Shown: piece by piece, positions 58,601 through 64,000 of the stretch | Layout: each line of letters opens with the position of its first letter | Numbering within the stretch: the stretch's first letter is position 1 | Assembly (NCBI RefSeq): GCF_009914755.1 | Contig: NC_060933.1 | Origin: the human T2T-CHM13v2.0 reference genome, Homo sapiens | Direction: 5' to 3' (one strand) | DNA length: 64,000 nucleotides | Translations under genes and position numbers: made by a program | Notes under the pieces: generated by a model | What the model was told of the DNA's origin: nothing | Seen by the model: the letters and a program-made list of their open reading frames with translations, nothing else | The model's database searches: none

Positions 58601-60620
58601 GAATGGAATGGAATGGAATGGTACGAAATAGAATGGAACGGAGCGAAATGGAATGGAATGGAATGGAATGGAATGGAATGGAATGGAGTGGAATGAAATC
58701 GTGTGCAATGGAATGGAATGGAATGGAATGGAATGGAATGGAGTGGAATGGAATGGAATGGAATGGAGTGGAATGGAATGGAATGGGTTCAACTCGAATG
58801 GAATGGAAAGGAATGGAATCAACCCGAGTGGAGTGTCATGGAATGGAATGGAATAGGATGGAATGGAATGGAATGGAATCATCCCGAGTGCAATGTAATG
58901 GAATCGAAAGGAATGGAATGGAATGGAATGGAATGGATTCAACCCGAATGGAATGAAAAGAAATGGAATAAACCCGAGTGGAATGGCATGGAATGGAGTG
59001 GAATTGAATGGAATGGAATGGAACAGAATAGAATGGAATGGAACGAAATGGAATGGAATAGAATGGAATGGAATGGAATGGAATGGAATGGAATGGAATG
59101 AACCCGTGTGCAATGGAATGGAATGGAATGGAATGGAATGGAATGGAATGGAATGGAATGGAATGGAATGGAATGGAATGGATTCAACTCGAATGGAATG
59201 GAAGGGAAATGAATCAACCCGAGTGGAATGGCATGGAATGGAGTGGAATGGAATGCAATGGAATGGAATGGAATAGAATGGAATGGAATGGAATGGTACA
59301 GAATAAAATGGAATGAAACGAAATGGAATGGAATGAAATGGAATGGAATGGAATGGAATGGAATGGAACGGAATGGAATGGTATGGAATGGAATGGAATG
59401 GAATGGAATGGTACGGAATATAATGGAATGGAACGAAATGGAATGGAATGAAATGGAATGGAATGGAATGGAACAACCCGAGTGCAGGGGAATGGAATGG
59501 AATTGAAGGCAATGGAATGGAATCATCCGGAATTGAATGGAATGGAATGGAATCAACTCGATTGCAATGGAATGGAATGGAATGGAATGGAATGGAATGG
59601 AATGGAATGGAATGGAATGGAATGAAATTAACCCGATTAGAATGGAATGGAATGGAATGGAATGGAATGGAATGGAATGGTACGGAATAGAATGGAATGG
59701 AACGAAATGGAACGGAATGAAATGGAATGGAATGGAATGGAATGGAATGGAATGGAATCAACCCGAGTGCAGGGGAATGGAATGGAATTGAAGGCAATGG
59801 AATGGAATCATCCGGAATGGAATGGAATGGAATGGAATCAACTCGATTGCAATGGAATGGAATGGAATGGAATGGAATGGAATGGAATGGAATGGAATGG
59901 AATGGAATGGAATGGAATTAATCCGAATAGAATGTAATAGAATGGAATGGAATGGAATGGAAGTAAATGGAATGGAATGGAATGAACCCGAGTGCAGGGG
60001 AATGGAATGGAATGGAATGGAATGCAGTGGAATGGAATCAAACCTAGTGCAATTGAATGGAATGGAATGGAATGGAATGGAATGGAATGGAATGGAATGG
60101 AATGGATTCAACCCAAATGGAATGGAAAGCAATGGAATCAACCCGAGTGGAATGGCATGGAATGGAATGGAATGGAATGGAATGGAATGGAGTGGAATGG
60201 AATGGAATGGAATGGTACGGAATAAAATGGAATGGAACGAAATGGAATGGAATGGAATGGAATGGAACGGAATGGAATGGAATCATTCCGAGTGGAATAG
60301 AAGGGAATGAATTCGAGTGGAATGGAAAGGAATGGAATCAACCAGAGTGGAATGGAAGGGAATGGAATGGAATGGAAACTAATAAAATGGAATCAACACG
60401 AGTGGAATGGAATGGAAAGGACTTGAATGGAATGGAATGGAATGGAATGGAATCAAGTCCATTGCAATGGAATGTAATGGAATGGAGTGGAATGGAATTA
60501 ACGCGAATAGAATGGAATGGAATGGAATGGAATGCAATGGAATGGAATCAACCTGAGTGCAGGGGAATGGAATGCAATGGAATGCAATGGAACGCAATGG
60601 AATGGAATGGAATGGAATGG

Positions 60621-63600
60621 AATCAACGCGAGAGCAGGGGAATGGAATGTAATGGAATGCAATGGAATGGAATCTTCCGGAATGGAATGGAAAGGAATGG
60701 AATCAACCCGAGTGCAATGGAATGGAGAGGAATGGAATGGAAACTACCCGAATGGAATGGAATGTAATGGAGTGTAAGGGAATTGAATAGAATCAATCCG
60801 AATGTAATGGAATGGAATGGAACGGAATGGAATGGAATGGAATGGAATGGAATGGAATGGAACGGAATGGAACGGAATGGAATGGAATGGAATGGAATGG
60901 AATGGTATGGAATGGAATGGAATGGAATCAACACGAGTGCAATGGAATGGAGTGGAATGGAATGGAATGGAATGGAACAACCCGAATGGAATGGAATGGA
61001 ATGGAGAGTAAGAGAGTTGAATAGAATCAGTCCGAATGTAATGGAATGGAATGCAACGGAATGGAATGGAATGGAATGGAATGGAATGGAATGAAATGGA
61101 ATGGAATCAACCCGAGTACAATGGAATGGAATGGAATGGAATGGAATGGAATGGAATGGAATGGAATGGAATGGAATGCCTTCAAACCGAATGGAATGGA
61201 AAGGAATGGAATCAACAAGAGTGGAATGGAATGGAATGGAATGGAAAGGAATGGAATGGAATGGAATGGTACGGAATAGAATGGAATGGAAGGAAATGGA
61301 ATGGAATGGAATGGAATGGAATGGAAAGGAATGGAATGGAATCGTTCCGAGTGGAATAGGAGGGAATGTATTCGAGTGGAATGGAAAGGAATGGAATCAA
61401 CCAGAGTGGAATGGAAGGGAATGGAATGGAATGGAAACTAATAGAATGGAATCAACCAGAGTGGAATGGAATGGAAAGGACTGGAATGGAATGGAATGGA
61501 ATGATCAACTCGATTGTAATAGAATGGAATGGAATGGAATGGAATGGAATGAAATGGCATGGAATGGAATTAACTCGAATACATTTGAATGGAATGGAAT
61601 GGAAGGGAATGGAGTGGAATGGAATGGAATCAACCCGAGTGCAGGGAAATGGAATGGAATGGAATGCAATGGAATGGAAACATCCGGAATGGAATGGAAT
61701 GGAATGGAATGCAAAGCAATGGAATCAACTCGATTGCAATGGAATGGAATGGAATGGAAAGGAATAGAATGGAATCAACCCGAGTGGAATGGAATGGAAA
61801 GGACTGGAATGGGGTGGAATGGAATGGAATGGAATGGAATGGAATCAACTCGAATGGAATGGAATGGAATGGAATGGAATGGAATGGAATGGAATGGAAT
61901 GGAATGGAATCAACTCGATTGCAATCGAATGGAATGGAATGGAATTAACCCGAATAGAATGGAATGGAATGGAATGGAACGGAACGGAATGGAATGGAAT
62001 GGAATGGAATGGAATGGAATGGAATGAAATGGAACGGAACGGAACGGAACGGAATGGAATGGAATGGAATGGAATGGAATCAACGCGAGTGCAGGGGAAT
62101 GGAATGGAACGGAATGCAATGGAATGGAATCTTCCGGAATGGAATGGAATGGAATGGAATGGAATGAAATGCAATGGATTCAACTCGATTGCAATAGAAT
62201 GGAATGGAATGGAATGGAATGAAATGCAATGGATTCAACTCGATTGCAATGGAATGGAATAGATTGGAATGGAATGGAATGGAATGGAATGGAATGGAAT
62301 GGAATGGAATGGAATTAACCCGAATAGAATGGAATGGAATGGAATGGAACGGAATGGAACGAAATGGAATGGAATGGAATGGAATGGAATGGAATGGTAT
62401 GGAATGGAATGGAATGGTACGGAATAGAATGGAATGGAACGAATTGTAATGGCATGGAATTGAATGGAATGGAATGGAATGGAATGGAATGGAATCAACG
62501 CGAGTGCAGGGGAATGTAATGGAACGGAATGCAATGGAATGGAATCATCCGGAATGGAATGGAATGGAATGGAAAGGAATGGAATCAACCCGAGTGCAAT
62601 GGAATGGAGTGGAATGGAATGGAATGGAACAACCCGAATGGAATGGAATGTAATGGAGAGTAAGGGAGTTGAATAGAATCAATCCGAATGTAATGGAATG
62701 GAATGCAACGGATTGGAATGGAATGGAATGGGATGGAATGCAATGGAATGGAATCAACCCGAGTACAATGGAATGGAATGGAATGGAATGGAATGGAATG
62801 GAATGGAATGGAATGGAATGGAATGCCTTCAAACCGAATGGAATGGAAAGGAATGGAATCAACACGAGTGGAATGGAATGGAATGGAATGGAATGGAATG
62901 GAATGGAATGGAATGATACGGAATAGAATGTAATGGAACGAAATGGAATGGAATGGAATGGAATGGAATGGAATGGAATGGAATCGTTCCGAGTGGAATA
63001 GGAGGGAATGTATTCGAGTGGAATGGAAAGGAATGGAATCACCCAGAGTGGAATGGAAGAGAATGGAATGGAATGGAAACTAATAGAATGGAATCAACCC
63101 GAGTGGAATGGAATGGAAAGGACTGGAATGGAATGGAATGGAATGGAATCAACCCGAGTGCAATGGAATGGATTCGAATGGAATGGAATGGAATGGAATG
63201 GATTCAACAAGAATGGAATGGAAAGGAATGGATTCAACCCGAGTGTAATGGCATGGAATGGAACGGAATGGAATGGGATGGAATAGAATGGTACGGAATA
63301 GAATGGAATGGAATGAAATGGAATGGAATGGAATGGAATGGAATGGAATGGAATGGAATGGAATCAACTCGATTGCAATCGAATGGAATGGAATGGAATT
63401 AACCCGAATAGAATGGAATGGAATGGAATGGAATGGAACGGAATGGAATGGAATGGAATGGAATGGAATGGAATTGAACGCAACGGAATGGAATGGAATG
63501 GAATGGAATGGAATGGAATCAACGCGAGTGCAGGGGAATGGAATGGAATGGAATGCAATGGAATGGAATCTTCCGGAATGGAATGGAATGGAATGGAATG

Positions 63601-64000
63601 GAATGAAATGCAATGGATTCAACTCGATTGCAATGGAATGGAATAGAATGGAATGGAAAGGAATGGAATGGAATTAATCCGAATAGAATGGAATGGAATG
63701 GAAAGGAACAGAACGGAACGGAAAGGAATGGAATGGAATGGAATGGTATGTAATGGAATGGAATGGTACGGAATAGAATGGAATGGAACGAATTGCAATG
63801 GAAAGGAATTGAATTGAATGGAATGGAATGGAATGGAATGGAATGGAATCAACGCGAGTGCAGGGGAATGTAATGGAACGGAATGCAATGGAATGGAATC
63901 ACCCGGAATGGAATGGAATGGAATGTAATGGAATGGAATCAACCCGAGTGCAATGGAATGGAGTGGAATGGAATGGAATGGAACAACCCGAATGGAATGG
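60621..64000 (+). repeat. HSat3 sub-domain, dialect B (truncated by the window end)
   Basis: GGAATCTTCCGG, AAGAGAGTTG, GCCTTCAAACCG and CGTTCCGAGTGGAATAGGAGGG modules; colinear with 37490-39780. Confidence 0.78.
60669..63579 (+). promoter_or_regulatory. Cluster of 3 consensus heat-shock elements (candidate HSF1 sites)
   Basis: gGAAtcTTCcgGAAt at 60669, 62126 and 63565. Motif match only. Confidence 0.5.

Larger units (their letters stand above)
43511..60620 (+). repeat. HSat3 sub-domain, dialect A (variant rich in the TTGAAGGCAAT..CATCCGGAATTG module)
   Basis: A markers return and B markers disappear. Contains an ~8 kb internal tandem duplication. Confidence 0.72.
12664..64000 (+). repeat. 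Satellite III (HSat3) array, right arm; GGAAT on the + strand
   Basis: Continuous (GGAAT)n with CAACCCGAGT, CAACCCGAAT, CAACTCGATT, TAACCCGAAT and CATCCGG modules every ~30-80 bp, running to the window end. Confidence 0.96.

Noticed and set aside
29-63942. Hundreds of ORFs (up to 412 aa) encoding MEWNG or IPFHS repeats
   Set aside because: (GGAAT)n and (CATTC)n contain no stop codon in any frame, so long overlapping ORFs in all six frames are expected. There is no domain, codon structure or unique sequence. Poly-WNGME translation is reported for the SCA31 (TGGAA)n expansion, but nothing here shows translation.
1-64000. CRISPR-like repeat/spacer appearance
   Set aside because: The apparent spacers are a small recurring vocabulary of 5-15 bp pentamer derivatives at irregular spacing. 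There are no unique spacers, leader or cas genes.
1-64000. HSat2 (HSATII) or alpha-satellite identity
   Set aside because: It lacks the dominant CATTCGATTC/GATGATTCC 23-26 bp HSat2 periodicity, any 171-bp monomer and any CENP-B box. Long pure pentamer runs plus CAACCCGA(G/A)T indicate satellite III.
1-64000. Assignment to a specific species, chromosome or named HSat3 subfamily (e.g. 9q12, DYZ1, D15Z1)
   Set aside because: This cannot be determined without a k-mer or alignment search. I see no regular 3.5-3.6 kb or array-wide 1.8 kb period.
1-64000. EWS-FLI1-type GGAA microsatellite, G-quadruplex or telomeric repeat
   Set aside because: The unit is the 5-mer GGAAT, not tandem GGAA. G3+ runs are isolated and I saw no TTAGGG arrays.
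1-64000. Alu, L1 or other transposon insertions, or RNA genes
   Set aside because: There is no non-satellite stretch longer than ~30 bp, no poly-A tail and no target-site duplication.

Overview
The whole 64 kb is one pentameric satellite array, (CATTC)n/(GGAAT)n, punctuated by the 10-mer CAACCCGA(G/A)T and related variant modules. This is the signature of primate (human or great-ape) classical Satellite III (HSat3) from pericentromeric or acrocentric heterochromatin. I see no genes, RNA genes, transposons or CRISPR arrays. Every ORF in the track is a stop-free reading of the pentamer (MEWNG/IPFHS) and is rejected, so I cannot support a new gene-encoded system here. The informative signal is structural. 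(1) A base-pair-sharp strand switch at 12662-12664 (CC microhomology) creates a fold-back-competent quasi-palindrome. (2) Two sequence dialects, which I label A and B, alternate as B-A|A-B-A-B and are mirrored across the switch. (3) Perfect heat-shock elements (nGAAnnTTCnnGAAn; 17 counted by eye) occur only in the B domains. (4) There is a nested hierarchy of duplications: 205, 210 and 365 bp, about 1.1 kb and 4.2 kb, a near-identical 5.28 kb tandem with a resolvable breakpoint, about 8-8.6 kb, and 12-24 kb-spaced copies. All alignments and counts were made by eye, using the ORF track as an offset ruler, so the boundaries of the older duplications are approximate.
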